NCBI GenBank assembly: GCA_045635765.1
Contig: JAZTWH010000070.1
Span: 1-47,315, forward strand
Reading direction: 5' to 3'
Source: Eubacteriales bacterium
GTDB lineage: Bacteria > Bacillota > Clostridia > Oscillospirales > UBA644
DNA length: 47,315 nucleotides
Shown here one piece after another: positions 1 through 7,802 of the stretch (its first letter is position 1; the number at the start of each line of letters is the position of its first letter). The notes under the pieces were generated by a model, which saw nothing but the letters and a program-made list of their open reading frames with translations, was not told the DNA's origin and made no database searches. Both the position numbers and the translations under genes were made by a program.

Positions 1-159
1 AAAACTTGGTAAAATCTCTATTTTCTCAACTTTTTCCGAAATGATAAACGGCTTTGCCTTTTTCGTGATAAAAGGTATTGCCCGAAAACAATTGATGAAT
101 TAGGGCCCTCCCGTTCAGCGACAAAAAACGCTGTTTGGGGCAAAAGTTAAAATACTGTG

Positions 160-195
160 TAGTCCCCGTCAAGAAATTTGGCGGGGACTATTTTT
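160..195 (+). terminator. Intrinsic terminator
   Basis: Stem TAGTCCCCGTCAAG / TTTGGCGGGGACTA followed by TTTTT. Confidence 0.75.
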
Positions 196-236
196 GCTAA
201 AAAACCACCAGCAGTGCTGGTGGTTTTTTAGCAAAA
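192..236. repeat. Perfect 22-1-22 bp inverted repeat, probable bidirectional terminator
   Basis: TTTTGCTAAAAAACCACCAGCA-G-TGCTGGTGGTTTTTTAGCAAAA. Confidence 0.85.
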
Positions 237-293
237 GAACACCCTAAGACCGTAAAAAGTCATACCTCATTAAACTCAAATTTTATCGTATTA
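199..293 (-). ncRNA. Candidate ~95-nt small RNA
   Basis: Near-consensus sigma-A promoter on the - strand directly upstream, GC hairpin plus U-tract downstream, no convincing ORF between them. Confidence 0.4.
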
Positions 294-298
294 ACTAC

Positions 299-327
299 AT
301 TATACTACAAATCATTTAAAACTTCAA
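299..327 (-). promoter_or_regulatory. Sigma-A-type promoter
   Basis: TTGAAG-17 bp-TATAAT on the - strand. Confidence 0.6.
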
Positions 328-380
328 TATTGGTAAGTTTGTTCCTTTAAAAGTTCAAACATTATGAATATTATGATGTT

Positions 381-500
381 GATAACTATCCTTACATTTG
401 AGGGAATGACAGAGTTTGTACTGAAGCAGGCTCTCCAGCAGTGTTCCGTCACAATTGAATCACACGCTGTCCCGTCGAGTAATCGGCGGGGCAGTTTTGT
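381..500 (+). ncRNA. Candidate ~120-nt structured small RNA
   Basis: Weak TTTAAA-17-TATTAT promoter upstream; internal stem AGAGTTTGT/GCAGGCTCT; ends in a GNRA-capped terminator. Confidence 0.3.
467..500 (+). terminator. Intrinsic terminator
   Basis: CTGTCCCGTCGA-GTAA-TCGGCGGGGCAG followed by TTTTGT. Confidence 0.65.
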
Positions 501-533
501 GTGTACCGTAAAGAAATCTTAATAAATTTTCCC

Positions 534-562
534 TTGCTTCTTAATTAAAATTATGATATACT
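534..562 (+). promoter_or_regulatory. Sigma-A-type promoter of the DUF218 gene
   Basis: TTGCTT-17-TATACT with extended TG. Confidence 0.55.
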
Positions 563-592
563 GTGTATAAGAAAAGAAAAAGGGGAGATCGT

Positions 593-1396
593 ATGCGTAA
601 AGTCTACCAGTTTTTGCAGGGGAAATCAGCGTTATTTTCCGCTGTGCTGATAGTTGTTGGCCTGTGGTGCTTTGCCGTCGGTTTCATATCTACGGGAATC
701 TCCTTTTTGTTTCAGCTATGTTCTCTAGCTTGTTTGGTTATTCTCGTATTTTATTGGTCTCTGATCCTGGCCGGAAGACCCGGAAAACTACGGGGCATTG
801 CCCAAATTGTAAAATGGTTTATTGTGATCGGAGTTGTCAGCCTGTTCATATTATTTCTGGTCGTGGAATATCATATTATCCAACACCACCATGGGGATCA
901 GGATATTCCCGAGTCGGCACAAGTTGTTATTGTGCTCGGATGTAAGGTGAATGGAGAAATGCCTTCCCAAATGCTACGGTTTCGTTTGGAGGCTGCTCTT
1001 AATCGCTTGCAGGACACACCGGATTCCGTTGCAATTCTGTGCGGTGGTCAAGGCCCGGAGGAGGATATTACCGAGGCCCAGTGCATGAAGCGTTGGTTGA
1101 TGGAACAAGGGATAGATGAAAGTCGCCTGATTGAAGAGGGGCGTTCCACCAGCACTCGCGAAAATATTCGTAATGCGGTGGAAATACTGAAAAAAGATTT
1201 TCCCAATAAAAAAGAGGTTGTGGTCGTTTCTACCGGGTTCCACCTGTATCGAGGGAAGAAAATTTGTAATATGGAAGGCCTTACGGCCTATGGAATTGCT
1301 TCAAGAATTCCTGACCTTCCTTTTTTTCATTTAAATTATTATTGCCGTGAATTTGCAAGCGTTCTGAATATGTATTTACAAGAAATAATTGCATAA
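593..1396 (+). CDS. YdcF/ElyC/SanA (DUF218) family membrane-anchored protein
   Basis: N-terminal TM helices; VLGC, R-L-E-A-A, CGGQG..E..TEA, STSTREN and FHLYR motifs; ATG at 593 after GGGGAG. Confidence 0.85.
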   Translation: MRKVYQFLQGKSALFSAVLIVVGLWCFAVGFISTGISFLFQLCSLACLVILVFYWSLILAGRPGKLRGIAQIVKWFIVIGVVSLFILFLVVEYHIIQHHHGDQDIPESAQVVIVLGCKVNGEMPSQMLRFRLEAALNRLQDTPDSVAILCGGQGPEEDITEAQCMKRWLMEQGIDESRLIEEGRSTSTRENIRNAVEILKKDFPNKKEVVVVSTGFHLYRGKKICNMEGLTAYGIASRIPDLPFFHLNYYCREFASVLNMYLQEIIA

Positions 1397-1428
1397 ACTG
1401 TAGAAAAAGCCTTTTCTACGGTGAGATC

Positions 1429-2466
1429 ATGAAAAAGAAACTGCATTTTCTGGTTAACGTTGCTTATTGGGGAATTATTTTTGTCATTGGGTTTCTTCTT
1501 GTTCGGTACGTAATTCCTCCGACTCTTCCATTTTTATTGGGGTTTGCCGTGGCATCTGCCTGGAATCCCCTGATTACGAAGATTTCCCGGGTTCGCACTC
1601 GTTGGTGTGCGTCTTTAATAATTATCGTTCCCTTTTGGGGGATCTTGTTGTTTTTATTGTGGAAAGCCGGGGCTTTAGTCTACGGAGAAGCGGTCGAACT
1701 TCTTAATTGGATTCAGACTACCGATTTTGAACAATTTATTTCAACGTTGGATATTCCGTTCTTGAACGGAGATACCATGAGCTGGATTCTTGAAAAGGCC
1801 GATACCTTTTTTCCCGCCGTTTTGGATTTGTCCCAAAAGGCTCTAATGAAGCTTCTCAATCTGTTATTGGCACTGCCGAACGCGGTGATTTTTTCCTTTG
1901 CCATGGTAGTTTCCTCAGTGCTGCTCTCGGTATCTTTTCCCAAAATCGAACCGTTTCTTTTGAGGCAATTACCGGCAAGATTGCAAACCGAATATTACGA
2001 TATTAAGGATTTTTTGATCCGTAAGATTTTCCGGTTCGTGAAGGCACACGGGATTATGTTTGGAATCAATTTCACGGAGTTGCTGATCGGTTTGTGGATT
2101 TTAAAATCCCCCTATCCGTTGATCTTGGCGGCGGTCATTGCTTTGGCGGATTTGTTGCCGTATATTGGAATGGCGTCGGTTTTGGTCCCGTGGGGGTTGA
2201 TTCAATGGTTGCTATTAGATCATCCAACACAAGGAATCGGATTTATTGTTTTAGCGGGAATCGTTTCTGTTGCCCGAGAGCTTTTGGAACCCCGTATTGT
2301 GGGAAAAAATATCGGACTTTCTGCGCTCGCTACCCTGTTTAGCATTTATTTGGGTATGAAATTTATGGGTGTGACAGGCGTCTTTTTGTTTCCGCTGTTA
2401 TTTTTGTTCTTTAAAGAATGGAATGAATCCGGACGGATCCTTTTATGGAGAAACGAACCGGAATAA
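1429..2466 (+). CDS. ytvI: AI-2E family transporter / sporulation membrane protein YtvI-like
   Basis: Multi-TM; LPF near the N-terminus, DLLPYIG, RELLEPRIVGKNIGL, G..G....P motifs. Confidence 0.8.
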   Translation: MKKKLHFLVNVAYWGIIFVIGFLLVRYVIPPTLPFLLGFAVASAWNPLITKISRVRTRWCASLIIIVPFWGILLFLLWKAGALVYGEAVELLNWIQTTDFEQFISTLDIPFLNGDTMSWILEKADTFFPAVLDLSQKALMKLLNLLLALPNAVIFSFAMVVSSVLLSVSFPKIEPFLLRQLPARLQTEYYDIKDFLIRKIFRFVKAHGIMFGINFTELLIGLWILKSPYPLILAAVIALADLLPYIGMASVLVPWGLIQWLLLDHPTQGIGFIVLAGIVSVARELLEPRIVGKNIGLSALATLFSIYLGMKFMGVTGVFLFPLLFLFFKEWNESGRILLWRNEPE

Positions 2467-2489
2467 TTTATATGGGAGGTAGTATTATT

Positions 2490-2987
2490 ATGTTTGTATC
2501 CACAGTAATTCCCGAAATGAAAGATCCTTTTTCCTTAATCGGAAAAGAAAAACTCCTGTTGTCCGCCGGCAATTCTCAGAAGTTCAATACCATGACCGCT
2601 TCCTGGGGAACCATGGGGGTTTTGTGGAACAAAAATGTTTTGTCCGCGGTGATTCGGCCTCAGAGATACACTTACGAGTTTTTTGAACGGGAGCCTTACT
2701 TCACCGTATCCGTTCTCAAAGGGGGATATGAGGATGCCTACCGTATTTGTGGAACGAAATCCGGCAGAGACTCCGATAAGATTGCCCTTTCGGGATTGAA
2801 TCCATATTTTTTGGAAAATGCCGTAACTTTTGAGGAGGCACGCCTAGCCATCGTTTGCCGAAAGATTTACGTTCAGGACCTGGACCCCTCCGGCTTTATT
2901 GATCCCGAAATTGAAACTCACTATCCAAAAAATGATTACCACCGGCTCTATTGCGGAGAAATTGTTGACATCTTGGAAAATAAATAA
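2490..2987 (+). CDS. Flavin reductase-like (flavoredoxin) protein
   Basis: NTMTASWG, RPQRYT, CGTKSGRDSDK, YH..Y.GEI; ATG after GGAGG. Confidence 0.85.
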   Translation: MFVSTVIPEMKDPFSLIGKEKLLLSAGNSQKFNTMTASWGTMGVLWNKNVLSAVIRPQRYTYEFFEREPYFTVSVLKGGYEDAYRICGTKSGRDSDKIALSGLNPYFLENAVTFEEARLAIVCRKIYVQDLDPSGFIDPEIETHYPKNDYHRLYCGEIVDILENK

Positions 2988-3007
2988 TTCGCCCGTTTCG
3001 TATACAC

Positions 3008-3037
3008 AAGGCCCCATAGAATATATGGGGCTTTTTT
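3008..3037 (+). terminator. Intrinsic terminator
   Basis: GCCCCATA/TATGGGGC stem followed by TTTTTT. Confidence 0.6.
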
Positions 3038-3047
3038 GTTTATACTA
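3019..3047 (+). promoter_or_regulatory. Putative forespore sigma-G-type promoter of the ger operon
   Basis: GAATA-17-TATACTA resembles the sigma-G consensus; germinant receptor operons are typically sigma-G dependent. Confidence 0.45.
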
Positions 3048-3073
3048 AAAGAAAAAAAGAAAGGAGCATCGGT

Positions 3074-4615
3074 ATGAAAGGGAAGACGCAAAAAAACGAT
3101 TTGGTGCAAGACGTGTCGCAACCTTTTCCCGATTTCAAGGTTAATTCTTCCGGAAATTTGTCGGAGAATTCCCCCTTGTCTCCCGTTCTTTCGGAAAACC
3201 GCCATATGCTCCAAACTGTTTTCTCGGGAGACGGAACCTTCATTTGTCGTGATTTTTCTTCAGAAAAACCGGGACTCGCCACCTGCTTTGCTGTCTATTT
3301 TGACGGATTGGTTAAAAACGAAATCATTTATGAAAGCGTGATTCGTCCCGTCATTGAGGCCGATATTCCCGTAACGACGGCAGAAATGCTCGCCCAACGG
3401 GTCATTGTCAACGTGGATACTGAAATTATCACGTCGGCAAAGGAGTGCTTTGATGCAATGCAGATGGGGGATGCGGTTATTTTCTTGGAGCATTGCAGTC
3501 AGGCTGTTGTTGCCAGTACCAAAGGATTTCCCGTTCGCACCCCCCAGGAGCCTACGGCTGAAAAAGCTCTACTCGGCCCCAGGGAAGGCTTTACCGAATC
3601 GGTCATGATGAACGTGGCCATGATTCACCGTAAGCTGAAAACCGTTGATTTTCATGCGGAGCCCATGTCCTTTGGAACAAGAACTCAATGCAAAGGGTTT
3701 CTGTGTTATTTGGGAAGTATCGTTCGGCCGGAGTTATTGGACGAGGTGAAGCATCGGCTTTCCAAAATTAAAATCGACGGAGTTTTGGATGCAAACTATA
3801 TTGTGGAGCAAATTTCCGATCAGCCCTGGTCCCTATTTCGAACCGTAGGGGTCACGGAGCGTCCGGACGTAGTTGCCGGTGGACTGCTGGAAGGTCGAAT
3901 AGCCTTGGTTTTGGATGGGACCCCGGTGGTCTTGGAAATGCCGTATATCTTTTCCGAGACCTTTCAGGTGGCCGAGGATTATTATCAGAATTTTTGGTTT
4001 GCATCCATTGGGCGGCTTTTAAGAGTTGTCTGCTACTTTCTCTCCATTACGGTCCCCGGAATTTTTGTTTCCCTCGTGTCCTTTCATCAGGAATTACTCC
4101 CTACGGATTTGGCCTTAAGCGTAACCCAAGCCCGGGTAGGAGTTCCCTTTCCCATTGCGGTGGAATGTTTTTTGATGATCGTAGTCTTTGAGATTTTACG
4201 AGAAGCCAGTCAACGGCTTCCGGATAGTATTGCCCAGGCACTGAGTATTGTCGGTGCAATCGTCATCGGGGATGCCGCAGTTTCCGCCAGATTCATCGGG
4301 TCCACAACCCTCATTATCGTTGCCTTTGCCGGAATTACCGGTTTGATCTCTCCCCGGTTGGAAAACTCCGTGATCGTTTTGCGGTTTTTTATTTTGATTC
4401 TGGGGTCGGTTCTCGGCCTGTACGGAGTTCTGTTTGGATGTCTTTCTATTATTCTTCATTTGATGTCCGTCAAATCCTTTGGCGTTTCCTATTTATCCTA
4501 TTGCTTTTCCACCCGTGTTCAGGATCAAAAGGATATTTTGATTCGTGCCCCATGGTGGTTAATGAGAACTAGGCCGGCCTTCTTTTCCAGGGATCAGATT
4601 CGGAGAAAGGAGTAA
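3074..4615 (+). CDS. Spore germinant receptor A subunit (GerAA/GerKA family)
   Basis: EP..E....GPREGFTE, TERPD, LEGR....DGTP, R.GVPFP, E.LREA..RLP, IG.AAV.A. Confidence 0.93.
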   Translation: MKGKTQKNDLVQDVSQPFPDFKVNSSGNLSENSPLSPVLSENRHMLQTVFSGDGTFICRDFSSEKPGLATCFAVYFDGLVKNEIIYESVIRPVIEADIPVTTAEMLAQRVIVNVDTEIITSAKECFDAMQMGDAVIFLEHCSQAVVASTKGFPVRTPQEPTAEKALLGPREGFTESVMMNVAMIHRKLKTVDFHAEPMSFGTRTQCKGFLCYLGSIVRPELLDEVKHRLSKIKIDGVLDANYIVEQISDQPWSLFRTVGVTERPDVVAGGLLEGRIALVLDGTPVVLEMPYIFSETFQVAEDYYQNFWFASIGRLLRVVCYFLSITVPGIFVSLVSFHQELLPTDLALSVTQARVGVPFPIAVECFLMIVVFEILREASQRLPDSIAQALSIVGAIVIGDAAVSARFIGSTTLIIVAFAGITGLISPRLENSVIVLRFFILILGSVLGLYGVLFGCLSIILHLMSVKSFGVSYLSYCFSTRVQDQKDILIRAPWWLMRTRPAFFSRDQIRRKE

Positions 4616-4616
4616 C

Positions 4617-5720
4617 ATGAAGAAAATTATCATAACGATTTTCGCACTGTTTCTCTCGCTTTCGATGAGTGCTTGCTACGATTACCGGGAAATTAACGAT
4701 ACCGCTATGGTTGCCGGAATTTCCATTGACCGGGGAGAAAATGCGGCCTATTTTGTTTCCGTCGAGGTCATTCAACCGGCAGATTCGGAGACCTCCACTC
4801 CAAAGGGAAAGGTCGTAAAAGAGTCGGGAAATAGTGTTGAGGATTGCCTGAAGCGACTCGTAAATGCCGCCACAAAGGAATTGCAGTTCACTCATTGTAA
4901 ACTGATTCTATTTTCCGATGCCATTGCAGAACAGGGGATCTCCGAACTTGTGGATTACTTTTTACGGGATACCGAATATCGTTCCGACTTATTTCTTGCC
5001 GTTGTCAAGGGGGCAGATGCGTCTGAAATGTTAGCAATGGGAGAATCGGAATCGAGGGTTTCCTCCTACGATTATGCCTCCGTGATAAAAAATTCCTACG
5101 AAGAAACCGGATCGGTACCTCCCACAAAGCTGTTTCAATTCCCCATGAACGGAGATCTTTCCATCCTCCCGGTGTTTGAAAAAAAGGATGATAAATTCTC
5201 CGTATCGGGAAGTCAGGGATTTCGAAAGGGAAAAAAATATACGGAGATCAGTCTGAGCAGCACGCAAAGTGTGTTGCTGGTTTCCGGGGAATACAAGATG
5301 GGAGAATTGCTCCTTCTGACCAAGGACGGAAAGGAAGTTCCGTGCCAAATCCGTTCGGTAAAAACCGAAAAAAAAATATTCGATGAGGATGAACTGACCG
5401 TTTCTGCAAAAATAAAATGTAATATTTTATTAACCTCTCTTCCCTCAGGATTTGACATTTCGACAGAACAGGGAATGGAAAAAACCGAGTGGGAGGTTTC
5501 ACAGCTTTTAACCCAAAAAATTCAAGAAGATTGGGACAAAGCCGTCGAAAACGGCACTTCGGATATCTTTGGACTGGAGATTTATCTCTATCGGCACGCC
5601 CCACAAAAATTGGAATCTTGGAAATCAAGTCAAAAAGAAGAGAAAATTATCAATTTAACCCTAAGTTGCGACGTTGAGCTTGCAAATTTCGGCTTTTCCA
5701 ATGAAAGGATTGAGAAATGA
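4617..5720 (+). CDS. Spore germinant receptor C subunit, Ger(x)C lipoprotein
   Basis: Lipobox MSAC followed by YDYREIND..MVAGISID; operon position. Confidence 0.9.
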   Translation: MKKIIITIFALFLSLSMSACYDYREINDTAMVAGISIDRGENAAYFVSVEVIQPADSETSTPKGKVVKESGNSVEDCLKRLVNAATKELQFTHCKLILFSDAIAEQGISELVDYFLRDTEYRSDLFLAVVKGADASEMLAMGESESRVSSYDYASVIKNSYEETGSVPPTKLFQFPMNGDLSILPVFEKKDDKFSVSGSQGFRKGKKYTEISLSSTQSVLLVSGEYKMGELLLLTKDGKEVPCQIRSVKTEKKIFDEDELTVSAKIKCNILLTSLPSGFDISTEQGMEKTEWEVSQLLTQKIQEDWDKAVENGTSDIFGLEIYLYRHAPQKLESWKSSQKEEKIINLTLSCDVELANFGFSNERIEK

Positions 5721-5926
5721 AACAACTGGTGTTTCCCCTTTTTCTTGGATTGGGCGTTTTATGGTTCCTGCTCCGAACCGAAAAGGACAGAAAAACAAAG
5801 CTGGTCGGGGGAGTTCTTGTCTTTCTTTCCACAATCTGTTTTCTCTTGTATTCCTACGGAATTCTTGGGGTAGGCGTGTCCTCTTGGATTCTGGATCTGT
5901 TCGGAAAGGTTGGTATTATAACATGA
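5717..5926 (+). CDS. Small two-TM membrane protein, putative germinant receptor D subunit
   Basis: 69 aa hydrophobic ORF with ATGA overlaps to both the C and B genes. Confidence 0.75.
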   Translation: MKQLVFPLFLGLGVLWFLLRTEKDRKTKLVGGVLVFLSTICFLLYSYGILGVGVSSWILDLFGKVGIIT

Positions 5927-7035
5927 ATCTATCACCGCAGTTGAAACAAAATTCAGCCTTTTCCATTCTGTTTTTAATGGGTGCAAATCTCTTGATCGGA
6001 AGCAGCTACCGTGCTCGGCAAGACACTTGGATTTCACTGTTGATCACTTCTGCCGTTCTAATCCTTTGGTCCCTGGTCTTGTCCCGCATTTCAATCCTGT
6101 GTCCGGGGCAGGATATTTTTTCACTGATACGAACGCTCCCGAACTGGGTCGCGTATCCCTTGGTTGCAATCGTTACTTTTTATTGCTTTAGCCAATCGGC
6201 TATGGTCTTGCGGGTCTACGCCGGATTCGTTCACATCGTTTCTCTTCCGAACACAAGTATTTTAATTTTGCTGGCACTGATTTCAGCCACCGTGTGGTTT
6301 TTTCTGCAGCGGGAGGATTCAATGTTATACCGCTTTTCCTATATAACGATTCTTCCTATCGTTTTTATTATCTTTATGCTATTTGGATTCTTGTTTCCAA
6401 TGTTTCGTACCGAAAATCTTTTCCCAATATTTTATAAAAATGCAACAGAAGTGTTGTTCTGTGCCGCGGAGAATATTGCCTTCCCCTTTGGAAATGCTTT
6501 TTTGCTTCTCGGAATAACCTTTTTCCCAAAAAAACCAAAGTCAGAACGAAAAGCTTGGGTTTTGATTACGGTCATTTCTTGTGCCTTATCATTGATTATT
6601 GTTTTGCAAAATATTTTGCTTTTGGGTGGAAAACTCTCCGATGCGTTGGATTTTCCCTATAATTTTTCCGCATCTTTGGTTAACGTTGGAGATTTCTTTT
6701 CCCGAATCGAGGTATTTTCTTCTCTGTTTTTCTTTTTGTCTGCAATCGTTCGGTCGGCTTATTTAATGAAGCTGACCTCCAGGGGAATTCGAAATCTTAT
6801 TCCGGCAAACGCTAAAACTATTGCATTCCCGTTAATCCTTCTCCTTTGCGGATATTCCGCTATTGTGTTTGATAATACGAATTCCGTTTTTAATTATTTG
6901 CAAATTTTTCCCTATTTTGCATTGCCATTACAATTTGGTTTACCGCTTGTTTTTTTGCTAGTATGCGAACGGCGGGCAAGCAAAGTAAAGCGAGGAGAGC
7001 ACCCCCTAAAAAAACAAGTGGTTCGTACTCTTTAA
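5923..7035 (+). CDS. Spore germinant receptor B subunit (GerAB/GerKB, APC fold)
   Basis: About 10 TM; QDTWIS, LP.TS, NLFP, FFSRIE motifs; start taken at ATG 5923. Confidence 0.85.
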   Translation: MNLSPQLKQNSAFSILFLMGANLLIGSSYRARQDTWISLLITSAVLILWSLVLSRISILCPGQDIFSLIRTLPNWVAYPLVAIVTFYCFSQSAMVLRVYAGFVHIVSLPNTSILILLALISATVWFFLQREDSMLYRFSYITILPIVFIIFMLFGFLFPMFRTENLFPIFYKNATEVLFCAAENIAFPFGNAFLLLGITFFPKKPKSERKAWVLITVISCALSLIIVLQNILLLGGKLSDALDFPYNFSASLVNVGDFFSRIEVFSSLFFFLSAIVRSAYLMKLTSRGIRNLIPANAKTIAFPLILLLCGYSAIVFDNTNSVFNYLQIFPYFALPLQFGLPLVFLLVCERRASKVKRGEHPLKKQVVRTL

Positions 7036-7071
7036 AATCAAAAAGTTTACAAAAATGACATTAAAAATGCC

Positions 7072-7100
7072 TTGACAATCCGCCAAAAATATGATATAAT
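7072..7100 (+). promoter_or_regulatory. Sigma-A promoter of tRNA-Leu
   Basis: TTGACA-17-TATAAT with extended TG. Confidence 0.85.
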
Positions 7101-7119
7101 ATCCAAGGTAAATTTCCAT

Positions 7120-7206
7120 GCGGGTATGGCGGAATTGGCAGACGCGTTAGATTCAGGTTCTAATGGTCGCAAGGCTGTGCAGGTTCAAGTCCTGTTACCC
7201 GCACCA
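7120..7206 (+). tRNA. tRNA-Leu(CAG)
   Basis: 87-nt cloverleaf with long variable arm, anticodon loop TTCAGGT, GGTTCAAGT T-loop, encoded CCA. Confidence 0.97.
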
Positions 7207-7213
7207 AAGCATT

Positions 7214-7255
7214 CAAACCCGAACCTTTTACCAATCGGTGAAACGTTCGGGTTTG
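7214..7255 (+). terminator. Hairpin after tRNA-Leu (terminator and/or att-derived)
   Basis: CAAACCCGAAC ... GTTCGGGTTTG followed by a T-rich tract. Confidence 0.55.
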
Positions 7256-7448
7256 TTGTTTTCTTAAACGGTAATACATAAGTATTTGTTTGTGGCGGTG
7301 CGGAGTGCTCCAATTTGCATTTTGAAATGCTTTATGACTGTCATTTTGAAATTTAATAATACAGGCGGAAAAACAGTTATTTTTTAAATTGTAGGGTTTT
7401 ATGAGAGATTAGACTTCGTTTGAGCTGAAGCATAGTTAATCGTTTTTC

Positions 7449-7589
7449 TCATTTATTATATGGGACATGATGCTGCAATTTCTCCGGCAGACTTGCCCTG
7501 CTCCTCGGCTGTTTTGTCTTAGGCTCAACTGCGGAAACCCTTGAAGCTTCAACTAATGCCTTTGCGTGTTTAGCACCTTTACATTCCAT
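7449..7589 (-). pseudogene. 46-codon ORF (MECKGAKHAKALVEAS...), small protein or gene remnant
   Basis: RBS GAAAGGA upstream of ATG; GC-richer than its flanks; product not recognised. Confidence 0.35.
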
Positions 7590-7675
7590 AATTTCATTTC
7601 CTTTCATTAATTAATTTTAATATTTTTTTTTGATTGGCGTCCCAATCTTTCACAGCTGCAATCACATTACAAAAA

Positions 7676-7704
7676 TTAACCCTGACAAATAGTGTCAGGG
7701 TTAA
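7676..7704. promoter_or_regulatory. Perfect 12-5-12 palindrome, operator-like
   Basis: TTAACCCTGACA-AATAG-TGTCAGGGTTAA. Confidence 0.5.
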
Positions 7705-7766
7705 AAAACTTTTCAAAACATTTTTAGTAATTTTCGTTACTTAACTTCGATGGGGAAGAATACGAT

Positions 7767-7800
7767 AAAAAAACGACAAGCTAGCCTTGCCGTTTTTTTT
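7767..7800 (-). terminator. Bidirectional-type terminator after degV
   Basis: A-tract, CGACAAG/CTTGCCG stem, T-tract. Confidence 0.65.
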
Positions 7801-7802
7801 CC

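Noticed and set aside
45-90. Minus-strand GGCAA..GAAA..GCAAAGCC resembling a c-di-GMP-I riboswitch
   Set aside because: It lacks the GGCAAAC and GACGCAAAG core and the second stem; it is better explained as a simple hairpin.
2-103. Open frame KLGKISIF...KQLMN* at the window edge (possible gene tail or small toxin)
   Set aside because: The start lies outside the window and no motif is recognisable, so it cannot be supported.
364-522. 52-codon ORF over the candidate sRNA
   Set aside because: No RBS, and it runs through a terminator hairpin.
7072-7281. 69-aa ORF from the track
   Set aside because: It begins at the TTGACA box and spans tRNA-Leu, so it is not a gene; only its tail is discussed as a possible att scar.
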